A DNA stretch of 63,892 nucleotides, the filler included, from Kipferlia bialata (lineage: Eukaryota), in the NCBI GenBank assembly GCA_003568945.1. It is 6 parts of 6 records of this genome, joined end to end, with 100 filler letters (N's around TTAATTAATTAA, not from the genome) between each part and the next. Parts side by side here need not be neighbours in the genome. Positions count along the whole stretch, not along the records: positions 12,454 to 24,789 come from BDIP01001096.1; positions 24,890 to 37,221 come from BDIP01001097.1; 4 more parts are not named here. One strand, given 5' to 3'. The translations under genes and the position numbers were made by a program. Below, piece by piece: positions 13,742 to 27,900 of the stretch. The notes under the pieces are model-generated. The model saw only the letters and a list, made by a program, of their open reading frames with translations. It made no database searches and was not told the DNA's origin. How positions within the stretch are numbered: position 1 is the first letter of the stretch; each line of letters begins with the position of its first letter.

Positions 13742-16700
13742 GTACCTCACCCTCCAGCCTCCCTGTCCCCACCTTCTGTCCCGTGTCACCCACATCACGC
13801 ACTCGGATAGACCCAGGTATGGGAGTAATATTATCAAATCCATATAGTACTACTCTATTATTGCGTATATCCCGCACTCTAGTATGTTCACTGTGTCCCT
13901 GTGTCTTTCGAATCTCTCTCCCTCTCTCCCCTTATCTCATATCCATCTGTTTGTAGTGCATATACACGTTGGCTATTTGCATTGTATATATCTGTATCGC
14001 TCACTCTCCAGGCAGCAGTGCATACACACGTCCCAGAGGCCCCAGGTCCAGTGGGAGGAGGAGGGAGAGAGACCTCTCACCGCCAAGGTTGGGAGACAGT
14101 ATTACGGATACATGTATTCCTTGGAAAATAGTAGTCATCCCATACGTCAGCGGAAGTTGTACTTCCCCCACCTCCTTCACGCACACACCCACATATATAG
14201 TAACATATATATTAATGACTACCAATGCTATACTATTCTATATCTTAAACCTAGCTGTGGATCAGATGGTGATGACGCCTCCCCCACCTCGTTCATGTAT
14301 ATATATATACATATACCTATACCTTATATTATATGATACGTTCACCACTATATAGTATTCCAACACTAGTTGTGGATCAGATGGCGACGATGCCTCCCCC
14401 ACCTCGTTCACACATATATATATATATGTATATCAGTATTTGTGTCATATCTAATGTATATACACAGTGTCTAATGCCAGTTGCGGCAGTGATGGTGATG
14501 ACGCCTCCCCCACCTCGTTCACCCCCAAGGAGAGGGACAGGGTGAGGGAGAGACAGAGAGAGAGAGAGGGGGAGAGGGACAGGGTGAGGGACAGGGTGAG
14601 GGAGAGGCAGAGGGTATCACACACACAAGGCAATGACTACGATAGGGGTGTAGAGGGTGAGAGAGGGGGAGAGGGAGTAGCATCTATCCACCCCCAGCCC
14701 CTGATGGATATAGTGGTGTCACCCACACACTATAGGGAGACAGGGATAGGGAGGGAGAGAGCATCACCCAGACACTACAGAAGTAGAGAGGGAGAGAGAG
14801 AGAGAGAGTATGCTGTGTCTCCCCCCCACCCATCGTATGCTGGAGTGGCCTTAGCAGCCAGGGAGAGAGAGTTGCAGAGGAAGCTAGACAAGGTATGTGC
14901 ATATAACTATTGGTATTGATGTGTAGCACTACCATTCCCCCTTACCCCCAGGCCAGGAGGAGCAAAGCCAGTATCAGTATACTATATTATACTATATTTC
15001 ACTATACCATACTATTCATAGTGTATACTGCATTACCATATTAATACCCCCTGACCCCCAGGCCAGGAGGAGCACAGCCAGTCTGAGGGACACCATAGAC
15101 ACACAGGTACTAGGCCTAGTAGTGATATCATAAGTGTTTAGTACCCATATACGCATGTGCTCGTGCCATTGACCTTCTGTCCGATTAGAGTGCCAGTCTC
15201 TCTCTCTCTCTATCTCCCCCCCAACCACCCTCTCTCTATATATATGTGTATTTACCTATAGGCCCATCGCATTGACCTCCTGTCTGGTGAGAGTGCCAGT
15301 CTCTCTTTCTCTCTATATGTATATATATATATATATGTGTGTGTGTATGTTTATATATAAGTACTAACCTCTAGGCCCGTCGTATTGACCTCCTGTCTGA
15401 TGAAAGTGCCAGACGCTCACTGCACTCACTGTCACCCACAGTCATACAGGTACGGATAAATCAAGTAGATCTCATTACATATATATTATGAGACAGAGAG
15501 GTTATGAGAGTAGTCACTATATATATTGTAAGTTCTGGCTGCCATGATATTCTATTCTCTCACTCCAGGCCCCCGATAGGACACGGGGCAGCCGCATACT
15601 GCAAGAGAGAGAGGTGGAGAGGGAGAGAGCGAGGGTGAGGGAGAGGGATGCTCCACTGACCCTAGAAGGCCTATCACCTGCGTCAGCATCACGGTACGTC
15701 AGTATTCATTTACTATTATAACATATGATTATGACAGAATTATAGTGAATAGTGTATGATATATAGTAATACATGTCTTCTTCTCATCCAGGGCCCAGTA
15801 CACCGCTGATGCACACAGAGATGCACATAGGGCAAGGGAGAGACATACAGCAAGGGAGAGAGTGGGTGGCAGTCCCAGGATGGGGTGGGATGGGGTGTCT
15901 AGGGAGAGGGAGAGTGCGGTGAGTGTGAGGAGGAGAGGGGGGGAGAGAGACAGGGATTCGGATGATGTCATCATAGACGAAGGGTTCCTGGACCAGATGA
16001 GTAGGTATAGCACTATTATTACTGTACAAATTTTGTGATAATATATTCTAATGTATTGTCTATTCATGCAGTAGTTCTTTCGTCGTGAATATTGAGATCA
16101 GACAGTAGTTGTTCCCATGGTATATCTATGTATCTAGTCTCACCCCAGATATCACCAGGAGACTCTTCGGAGAAGCCAGATTGGCACATGAGGGGTAGTG
16201 GAAGATAAGGAGAGTGTATTATAGTGTGTTTCGCGTTGTATAAGTAGTAGATCAATTGATTGTGAATAAAGGGTTCATAGTTTTTGATTCTTCTACACGC
16301 TCCACTTAGTTGGTGAGATATGTAAACCGTCCTCTCTTGCTTCCAACTCTCCCTCCTATTGGATGTCCACCCGTGGTGTATCTGCACGTCCAGCCCCCTC
16401 TACCTTCCACCGGGGGCCTGTACCCACAGGCACAGAGAGTGAGAGCGACACGCCTGTCTCCTACACACTCATGTCTGCACGCCCCTTTCCTACCCACTGT
16501 GAGGCACAGATGCTTGACTGTCCCTACCCAAAGGCCCCATCACTCTCCATACCCATCATACCCACCAGTGAGAGAGTGTTAGCAGCCCCTGCAACCGCTC
16601 TCCCTGATCTGACCCCCATAGAGCCTATCCCCTACACGGAACACAACATGTCACGAGACCCTGTCATAAGGGTACAGCAGTACCAGGTGGGTGTGGGTAG

Positions 16701-18372
16701 CAAGTATAGGACTGCTCAACTAGGTGTATTCTCTGTCTGCCGTGATATGTATTCGAGTGTACAGTGGGCCGACTCGTCACTGACGAGATGGTGACAATCC
16801 AACCTGTCTACAGTGATACTACACGCTTTGATGATTTCAAGTATATACCTCCAGTCTACTCCTTGGTGTCTCTTCTTGACTCTGCTTGGTACTTGCTATG
16901 ATTTGGCGTGACGCTGAGGTGTGTAGCGGTGCACATACTCACTAATACCGAGTCATAATTGTTAACCGAAACACCCTACTTCTTCAACCCTACAACTATC
17001 TCTGCTCACACTTAGAAATCAGAACTACTCAATATTTATGTTTATACATATAGTCTATGCTCTATAGACTCTATAGTTTAGACTCACACCCAGGCCAACA
17101 TTGACTGGTACCAGATGTGTCTAAGGGCCACCAGACAGGACATGCAGGCAGTGACCAACCCACAACAAGAGGTATATCATATACATAACAACATATACAT
17201 TCACACACCCACACCCACACATACACACACATATATATATATATTAATATATATATTAATATACACAATGTAGACAGGACATGCAGGCGTGGCACAGAGA
17301 CAGACAGAGGTATATACATACATACTATATAGTATCCATAGATTACGTACACTAAGCTCTCGTTGAGAGTGCATTTGCACACTAGCTCCTCCTACGCCTA
17401 GATTCAAACGGGTATCAATATAAGTAAGTGTGCTGTATATCAAGTGCATGTACATACTAATCTAACTGTTAGGGTGTCCTCAGTGCCAGTAGTGAGGTGG
17501 ATGCCCTCCGGTCCCAGGTGTCCGAGGCAACCAGTGAGAACACATACCTCAGGTACATTGTTCATAGTGATATATTCTTACTTATGTGCTATTACACCTA
17601 CTACATACTATCGTAGACGACCAGTGAGAACCCATACCTCAGGTATATAGATCTTGTTCTAGATGGGTAACTACGGTAGTTACTAAACACCAACAGAAGC
17701 ACTCTCCTCTGCAGTGTACTCACACAAATCCCATATATATACTTGTACCTAATACATCCCAAAACCTATCACACACCTGCTACTATTGCTACCCTCAGAA
17801 GCACTCTCCTGTCCATGCAGGATGCCTACCAGAGACATGTGGATACTGAGATCGAGAACTGCAGTGCACACTACAGGGTGAGACGGGGAATCCATATCGC
17901 AACTCTAGAACACAACCACTGTATACATGCACTATTAGAAAACGAACAAGGATACACTCCATTGGGTAACGTACACTGAAAGTGTATATATTGTAAAGAG
18001 TATGCGAATGAGGTACCTGTACTCACGGTAGATACTATGGTATACACCAATCACTAACCCCCAGGCCCAGTACCAGCGCCACATCCAGTCACTAATTACA
18101 TATACATATACATATCCATTAGCCATTCTCTATATGCATACAATATACACTGTGTACTAACCCCTTAGGCCCAGTACCAGCGCCACATCCAGTCCCTCCA
18201 GAGGATGTTACCAAGGACACCCCAAGACGCACATACATCTTACACACATCATGGGGCGTCAGTAACCACTAAGAGTCACTTCTCCCGTCCGGTCTCTAAG
18301 GGCGTCCACCGCCCTGCTGCCTCAGCTCTCACTCTCCCAAAGAGAGAGAGAGAGATTAGGCAGATGCACTGA
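12683..18372 (+). CDS. DUF4485 (CEP112 N-terminal-like) domain protein, 5' truncated
   Basis: Spliced N-terminus LPPRQRVLAERWILRL-RGYDFTVSPVTKRRRNNYARLLLYQ-IETDSRLSYPFTDEP matches the recalled DUF4485 pattern (W..+L ... RN.YA.LL ... PF...P); low-complexity middle; last exon ends ...REIRQMH-TGA at 18370-18372. Confidence 0.7.
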
Positions 18373-19179
18373 TCCAGTGAGTCTGTGCCTGAATAGCTGT
18401 GGAGAATTTCTATATCATTCTTTACCCCATTTCATTACGAGATCAATAGATGTCCCAGTGTCCACGCTTTACACTGAATCAGTGTCTGATAAATGAGTGA
18501 TACAAGTTGTGTATTCATTGGTAGAGCAGTTATCGTATAAATTTTTCAGAAAGTGGTGATTAAAGGGTCAGAATAAGGTCATCACAAGTTGTGATTCACA
18601 ACTGCTATTCAAGGTGGCTAGAAGATGCCAGCAGAGGCTCCCAAGACCTTGATACTGCCAGTTAAGATCTTAGTGAGGGAGAACCGTAGGGATAGGAAGG
18701 CGTTGGGTGTTATTGAGACTCGGTGTGAGTTCTCCGACCTGGGCCACCCTCTTTCAGCACTGTTTCAGTTAGCTGATCACTGCTCTAAGCCATTAGTCTC
18801 ACAGTGTGAGTCACACTACTATTCTCTCAGTACGACCAATTTACATAATCTATTACAGGTGACAAAACACCAATCAGGGCATATCAAACGCATACCCAAA
18901 CAAACCATAACGTGAAACAAACATATATATACAATAAGCAAACATGACAAGTTAAATATGAAGACACCCAAGAGCAGAGTAACACCAAGACAATCAATCA
19001 ATCAATCAAGGGACCTCCAAGCGTACTTCTGGTGATAGCGTGCCAAACACCGCTGACATCACTCTCTCAAACACCGCACTCTACAGTTGCAGATGAGTCC
19101 ATGGGAGATTCCTCTGGGCGCCGGCTCAAGAGTGTGTGATGGAGAGCACTCTACAGTGAGTGGTCAAAGGACTATGGGG

Positions 19180-20968
19180 CTAGGGCAACAGGCCATGCGC
19201 CTCGTTCAGCACCACCCCATGGTCTGGTACAATGCCAGCAGCCTCGGTGCCTGGGGGGTTAGATTCACATATAAACCACACATATTGTAAATATATCGTA
19301 AATATCTACATACTACTATACTCAATGACAATACCTATCACGTGCTCCTTCCAGCCCTTGACCACTGTCTGTCCTGGGACACACTCACACTCGCCAACGA
19401 CACAGGCAACCTGTAGGGTTAGATGATAGTTATCAAAGACAAATACAAAGAATAACGGGTATCTCCCTATAACAGATACACTATATGTATACTATAATAT
19501 GTATGTATACACACATACATATATATATATTAATGCAACATCTTTACATGTATGTATAACATATTACCACTACTATACCTTTGGCTCCATGCGTATCTGC
19601 CTTCTGATCTCGGCAAATCCCTCGCCATAGGCCTCGGCGTCCTGGGGGTGAGGGAGGTAGATGACCTAGTACATATTTATGACTAACATTTACATACAAA
19701 CTTATATATATGTAAATATTTACTATCTATATACCCACCTCTATGTCACAGGCCAGGGGCGTGGCCTTGACGTGCAGGGACTGCTCAAGCAGGGGGCGGG
19801 AAATGTTACGCGATATGCTCTGCCCAAAGACAAATGCCTGGGGTTAATGTATATATCAGAAAGAGAAAATAGAATATGTTCACACTCTCACTTGACACTA
19901 CAATACATTACACATATACATATAGTGTATAGTAGTATACTATATATATACCTCTGACGACTGCAGTATGTCATGCACCCTTGGGCACACTGTCACTTGA
20001 CCAAGGGGAGAGAGGGCCTCCATGCCTCTGGCCCTGGGGTGAGGGATATGTATATATACGAACTATTACATATACTTATATTCCTATTTTGAATACCATA
20101 CGATTATAGATTATACCATACGGTTACAAATGATGCATACCTAGAGGGCGCCGACCCAAACATGTCATAGGCCACTCTGATCCTGAGGGGTCAGATACGG
20201 TTTAATAGACACTGAAACACTCAGTCGTTATGTATTCTGTATTCATTAGGGAGAGAGACATACATACCTTCCCAGAACGGCAGCAAATGCAGGTCCAATG
20301 GCAACTCCACATCTGAGAGTGAGTAGGGGGACTAAGCTACACGATACGGTAACAGTACACAATGAATAAATATATGATATATTACGCGCTACATACCTGA
20401 CGTGCAGGGCCACTCCCATTGTGTCAAAGATGGACTCGGACACAGCCAGCATCTCGTGGCTGGCCTAGGGGTTAGATACTAAGGGCTAATCTAATACTAA
20501 CCACATACACATAGGTCAAATACTATACAATACGTATATATATATCTGTACCTGCACCATGTCACTGCGTCTCTGATCGATGCGACAGCACTATCACAAT
20601 GTATATGAATAATATGTATGTACATTACTATGTATATATTCATCTGCACCTGCACCATGTATGCCACTGCGTCTCTGATGGATGCAACAGTGGAGCACCT
20701 GGGAGTCAGACATCTAGTAAGTATCTAAACCCACATATGTATGCTATGCATATACATTATATAGAAAATATATAAATAGGGTACCTCAGTTCACAGGGGG
20801 TGAAGGGTCTGTAGAGCTCGTAGGCGTCACCGATGGTCTTGACCTGGTGATTAGGCATATGATACCATATTATCAATATATCTATCAGTGTATATTTATA
20901 TATAGAGAGAGAGAGAGAGAGAGATCACCGATGGTCTTGACCTAGAGGGGTGAGACATACAGTGAGAC

Positions 20969-21019
<51 letters not shown>

Positions 21020-23694
21020 GTACCTTCGCCACCCCGTATGAGGCATACTTGTCCACTATCCTGTCAAATGCAGTTACCATACACACACACACATATATAT
21101 ATATATATAGTCACAATATACCTTAGCCACCCCATATGAGGCATACTTGTCCACTATCCTGTCAAATGCAGTGAACATGACATTCAGGATCTGCACCACA
21201 GTGCTGCCATGTCTGGTGCAGTAGCTAGAGGGTTAGAAAACAAAATAATACACACATATAGTAGTGCAAAATCTATATATGCAAAAGGCAGTAGTGAGAC
21301 TGGGATGTATACGGTACATATATATATATATGATGATATACTATACATTGCAATACCTTGTGAACCCTGCGATGTCCAGCTTGGCATACACCATCAGGGG
21401 GAAGAACTCAATGTCACTGCTGGGGGTAAGATGGATAAGCAAACTATCTGAATATAGAAGAACTTGTGTAGAGACTATACATACTCAATGACACATATAC
21501 ACGATATATGTCATATAGGGGAAGAACTCAATGTTACTCCTGGGGGTAAGAAATAATAATATTGCTAACGTGTATGTATTGGTAAACATATACAATAATG
21601 GCAGACATAAGTATTCCATCAGGGGGAAGAACTCAATGTCACTCCTGGGGGTAAGAGAGTATGTACATATATATACACTATACAGATACCAAGTATGTAT
21701 AAGACATAGTAAATCGATTAGACTAGTATAAATCAATAACACATCCCTACCTCTCCATGATGCTGCACTCAGCTGGTGTGGCATACTAGTCCCTCTATAT
21801 ATCCATGTATCTATAGATATATACCTATATACATACATAGACACATATGTAATTAATCATGTATACACTATACCTCTCCATGATGCTGCACTCAGCTGGT
21901 GTCGCATACTGGCCACTCCCGTCATTGACAGTCTCTCTCTCTCCCTCGCTCTCCCCCTCGCTCTCTGCCTCTCCCTCACTCTCCTGTGGGCTGGGTGACT
22001 TAGTGGCACCGGGTAGGGATATCTGGAGACCGGGGAACGGTGGAGAGAGTGGGGGTAGAGGCGGGGAGAGAGAGAGAGAGTGGATGTCCGAGGCAGACAT
22101 CCCGCTGAAGAGGCTGCTCCTCCTCTCTCTCTCCTTCCCTCTCTCCCCTCTCTCCGTAGTATCTCCATCCTCTGACACCCTAGGAGACCCATACTCCCTC
22201 ACCCTAGGGCTGTCTGTGTCTCTCTCTCTCTCCCTCCCACTCTGCATCCTGGGGCTGTCTGTGTCTCTCTCACTAGACCTTGGGCTGTCTATGTCAGCCA
22301 TGGCACACAGGAGACTGTTGCTGTCAATGCGGCCAAACCTATGGGTGAGAATGAGCACATTCGAATGGAAAGAGGTTGGTGCACGGATGTCATACTAATA
22401 ACTACTATGTAGCAGTGTATATATGCCCATACCTCCCACTGACTGGTGTGGATGGACACCGCCTGGCACTGCTCTTGCAGCTGGACCTGGGGGTGAGTAC
22501 ACATATGTTTGTTAGCGTATATACATATTTGGTATTCATGTATATATATATGTGCGTATATCCATGTATATACGCAGACAGACTCATACCTGGCGCTCAT
22601 TGGCACCCCCTCACACTATATATATATATATGTATATGTATATGTGAATGGTTATATATATAAATGTATATTCATTTGTATATCCATGCATACCTTGCAC
22701 TCATAGGCACCCCCTCACACTCCTCGTCCCTCTCTCCCTCTCCCTCCCCCTCCCCCTTGGCCTCAGTGTCAGAGGGGCCATCATTCAGGGCGGGGTAGAA
22801 CTCTGAAAATGAGTGAAGTGTGTGTTGCGTATATGGATAGTTTCACCAGCTATACAGTGAGGATTAGAGTGTCAAGGCAGGGTAAAATATATCAAGCTCT
22901 AGTTTCTCACCTTGGAAGCACCTCATGACTCCAGTATCTGTTGTAGCTCTCTCTCTCTCTCTCTCTCCATATATATATTACTCTACTCTACATATGACTA
23001 ACTGTCTCACCTTGGAAGCACCGCATGACCCCAGTCTCAGTGGTGGGTGACTCCACATCCTTCCCATTCTCCTGAGTACCTATAGGGGTGTCACGGAGCT
23101 GAGAGACTAGGGGTAAGCTAATTAATTTAAATACAATACATATAATAATATAAATATAGATATATGGTACACGACGTAGGGTGTCACGGCGCTGAGAGAC
23201 TAGGGTAAGCTTATTATAGAGAGTGTACACGACGTATGTTGAACGTTGAACGTTGAACGGTACCTGACATTCCCATGACCTTGGCGTCGAATCTGTCGAA
23301 TATGGACATGGCTCCCCTAATGTGAGTGGGGGAGAGAGAGAGAGAGAGAGAGAGAAATGTCAGGGCCAAATATATAATCAATGTGAAAGTGTAAGAATAA
23401 ATATAATATATATTCAATTATATACCTCATAACCACTCTCTGAGTGCTCGTGAGAGACCGGAAGTCAGATGCCCTAGAGGCCTGGGGTGAGAGGTGAGGC
23501 ATGGAAATGACAGAACACACACCAATGTAGTATAGATATATATATTCTGTAATTTAGATATATATATATATATATAAATATGTATATACATAAACATCCC
23601 AACCTTGTAGTTCCTGGGCAGGAGTCCCCCCTCCTCTCGGTCTTCATACTGGGCAGCACACTCCCTGGGGTTAGGCATGAATACGATACACACA

Positions 23695-23742
<48 letters not shown>

Positions 23743-23895
23743 TATTCATATATATACTTATATTAATATAAATACCCACCTCATGCTGTTGACAAACAGG
23801 GGCAGTATCACACACCCCTCCACGGCTGGGGTCACGTGCCTCTCGTCCATCTCTCTGGGGGTGAATAAAGGGTGTATAGAGAGAGTAAAGGGTGT

Positions 23896-23930
<35 letters not shown>

Positions 23931-24722
23931 GAGAGGAAGGGAGCTACTCCATTTTGTATGTGTCGTATACATACGATATATACATGGAATGTATACAAAC
24001 CATATACACATACCTCAAGAACTTTGCTGCATTCCTAGGCATCCCATCCATCTCCATATACCCCCATAAATGATTACGATTGCGTATGTACACATACCTT
24101 AGGAACTTTGCTGCATTCCTAGGCATTGTGGCCGAGGAGAAGAGCTCACTGGTGTCTGCCATGTAGGCCTCGAGGATCCTGGGGTTACAAAGAACATAAT
24201 ACACAATGATTATAGGGGTAGATATGCAGAAAGAGAGAGAGAGAGAACAAGAAGAAGATGATGACTGGTGTCTGCCATATAGGCCTCGAGGATCCTAGAG
24301 TTAGGTCACATTTATGGATAGGGATTAGGGTGTTTACCAGAGTAGAAGAAGATGACTAAATATAGAAGTAGACAGTATATACCTGTTGAAGTATCTTCCA
24401 CTGGCCACCCTAGACACTAGGACCTTGGCAGCCACTGTCTCTGTGATGTACTGATGGCCAACAAGCACAGAGACAACCTGGGGTAAGAAGGCAATAACAG
24501 TACAATGATAATGTGAATAGTTAAATAACAGATACAGTACTTGTGGTGGTGGCCGACAAGCACAGAGACAACCTGGGGTGAGGAAACACCAGGATAATAG
24601 GAATAATAGATACATTAGTAATATACACACACATCTATATATATGACCCTACCTGCACCAGGCACTGTGATATGCTGAACAGGGTGATGGGAAGGGTGGC
24701 CAGCATCATGAAGCCACACTGT
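19180..24722 (-). CDS. Membrane-anchored class III nucleotide (adenylate-type) cyclase, 5' truncated
   Basis: Spliced motifs YAKLDIAGFTSY, ILNVMFTAFDRIVDKY, KVKTIGDAY, VRCGVAIGPAFAAVLG, RVAYDMFG..ARGME; hydrophobic upstream exons; exact stop uncertain. Confidence 0.88.
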
Positions 24723-24746
24723 CTGGGAGGGTTAGATATTAAGGGT

Positions 24747-24789
<43 letters not shown>

Positions 24790-24889
24790 NNNNNNNNNNN
24801 NNNNNNNNNNNNNNNNNNNNNNNNNNNNNNNNNTTAATTAATTAANNNNNNNNNNNNNNNNNNNNNNNNNNNNNNNNNNNNNNNNNNNN
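24790..24889. other. Artificial scaffold linker
   Basis: 100 bp of N + TTAATTAATTAA + N. Confidence 0.98.
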
Positions 24890-24939
<50 letters not shown>

Positions 24940-24942
<3 letters not shown>

Positions 24943-27900
24943 GGACTCATCGAGCTCAGACAAACGGTCGACAAGGGCCTGGGGGGGAAGAGAGGGGATA
25001 TATAGATATTAAGGTGTATGTATGAGAAAGACTAACTACAATATAACACATTGGAGAGAGACTGGGGGGGGGGGAGAGAGAGAGACAAGAGACAATAAGG
25101 GATGGATCTAGCTCTGACGACGCGGGGGTTAATCGAATACAAATATGAAGAGAGTATACACATATACGTGTAGAGATACATAGCACATATCACTCACGCT
25201 GTGTCTCTTCTCGCTGTCCCTGATCAGTGCACTCAGCATCCTGTCCAACTCGGCTAGGTCGGCACTGGGGGTTAGAAGGTTACTAAATATATGTATACAT
25301 ATACTAACACCACTCACTCTGTCCTAGTCTCAATCTCAGCCACCGCGGCCCTCCACTTGGTGTCCAGGGACTTGACCTCGGAGTGGAACCTGGGAGTAAA
25401 GGGTGCCGATATATTGTATATAATCATATTGTATTATCGCATCAACAGTGTATATGTCAGTACTGGGTATCAAGGGACTTGACCTCGGAGTGGAACTTAG
25501 CCCTAAGTATATGGATACATACACACATGTATGTATATATAGAATGTATATGTATATTGCTATCAAGGGACTTGACCTCGGGGTGGAACCTGGGATGAGG
25601 GAATAGTATTGGTGTATGTATGAATATCAAAAGAACATCTATATAATATAGATGTAGTAATATATGTGCATGGTGTGGGGTGGATATGTATATACCTCCT
25701 GAGCAGGTCCAGGCTGCTCCTCTGCTCCTCAATGACATTCAGTTAAATATATACACAGGTATAGTATATATTCTTATTTACATATATATTAGTATACCTC
25801 CTGAGCAAGTCTAGACTGCTCCTCTGCTCCTCAATGGCAGTCATTTCAATATATACACAGGTGTATATAGTATATACATATATACATATGTATAAGTATA
25901 CCTCCTGAGCAAGTCAAGACTGCTCCTCTGCTCCTCAATGGCAGCCATGACCTCGCCCCTCAGCACATCAAACCTAGGGTGATAGAGAGTACAGAGTATA
26001 TATCTCTACCATCTCTACTATTTCACATACATTTGTCTCTCACCCCTAGATATTTTCTATATGCATTGCCCTGTCCACCTGGGAGTGCATGCCACATACA
26101 TACAGATATACATATATATCTATCTACATGTATATAGGTATACATCCTCACCTCTGCATTGCCCTGTCCACCTGGGAGTGCATGCCGTCATTGGCCTGGG
26201 GTGGGTAGGTATATGTGGTACTATACACAATTACTATATGTACATTAGTCACAATCTATCACAATACACTGTGTCATGCCGTCATTGGCCTGGGGTGGGG
26301 GGTGGGGGGGGCGGGGGGATGACCCAAGACCAATGTATCATACATATATATATATATATAACAGTTACTATTCATAACTATATATCAATAAACATACATG
26401 CCGTCATTGGCCTGGGGTGGGTATGCATACGTGGTGTTCCGCATAGTAGTCTTGAGTATAGAGGAGAGAGAGCAATGACAATGTGTACCTCTCTGATAGC
26501 TGTCCTCAGTTCCAGGTCAATCTGGGCAATGCTCTCATCCACAGCCTTCCTGAGGCGTCAATGAAGAATGCCATAGAGTAAATGTATATACGCCCAGAGT
26601 GTCTGAATGTATTGAACACGTCAGTAACGAAAGTTACATACCTGATATGGTATACATTCCCTCTGATTGTGACCAGCTCTGTGTGGAGGGTGGTCAGACG
26701 CTCAGACAGGAGCTGGAGGTTGGAATTGGGAAAGACATATTGTATGCATATAGTGGAGCCTGACCTCTATCACCATTGGTAGATATATTAATGCATACAC
26801 TATTAAAATATATATAATAGTCTAACCTTCTTACTAATGACGTATACGAATATATACTGAATGTCATACTCTCCTACCTTCTTCTCCTCCCTGAGCTTGA
26901 CCTCCTCGGCCTCAATCAGACCCTTGGTGAACAGTTGGGCCTCGGTCTGCTGGTCTCTATGGGTTAGATAGTATATGTATATACAAGTATTTTTACATAT
27001 GTATAGTGATAGACTGTAGACGGGTGAACAGCTGGGCCTCGGTCCGCTGGTCCCTAAGAGCACAAAGGTATACTCAATTCAATAGAAAGACACATATATA
27101 TACAAATATTAACACATATATATGGTGTGTATGTGTCCTCTGATAATTTTGATACGTATATACTATATATCTACCTGATCAGGATGGGTGTCTCTGCCAC
27201 AAACTGGTCACACTCTCTGATGAGTGTCTGGGTCTGGTCCTCCAGGTCGGACAGGCCCTTCTCGCCACTCGCGGTGAATGCCTGATATCAGTATATATAT
27301 GAGAATACACGAAGGAATATATGTAACTATATAAGAGTACATAAATATATAGAGTCAGACAGGCCCTTCTCGCCACTTGCGGTGAAGGCCTGGATGTAAG
27401 TACCAATGGAGAAAGAGTATCTATTTGATAACAATCATAGTAGATACAACATGTTCTACTGTCCATACAGATGTACCTGGAGTTCACTCCTGTACCATGT
27501 CTGATAATGTGTATAGCACATATTCGCCATTTGATATATAGTGAGTATACTGTGTACTACTAGTCAATATGTACCTGGAGTTCACTCCTCAGAGCTGTCA
27601 CCCTGTCGTTGTTGGCAACTACATTGGCTGGGGGTGAGAAAGAGTACATTTGTTACCTATACACTAATATATATATATCTGATTTACTTATTAATTTATA
27701 TATATATAGGATAGAGACTTTGTTGTTGTTGGCAACCACATTGGCTGGGGGTGAGAATGCATAGATAATACAATATGGAATAACCCATACACTTGTCAAC
27801 AAATACTGACGAGTCCTGTCGTTGTTGGCAACCACACTGGCTGGAGGTGAGAAAGGGTAAAGTATCATACATCAACAAGTATGTATATAAACAATTATGA

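Noticed and set aside
16755..17040. Possible MITE starting TACAGTGGGCC in a long intron
   Set aside because: No matching terminal inverted repeat or target-site duplication found
19340..19410. FKBP-like GQTVVKGWKE motif
   Set aside because: It is an isolated match within the cyclase gene's terminal exons, with no other FKBP motifs
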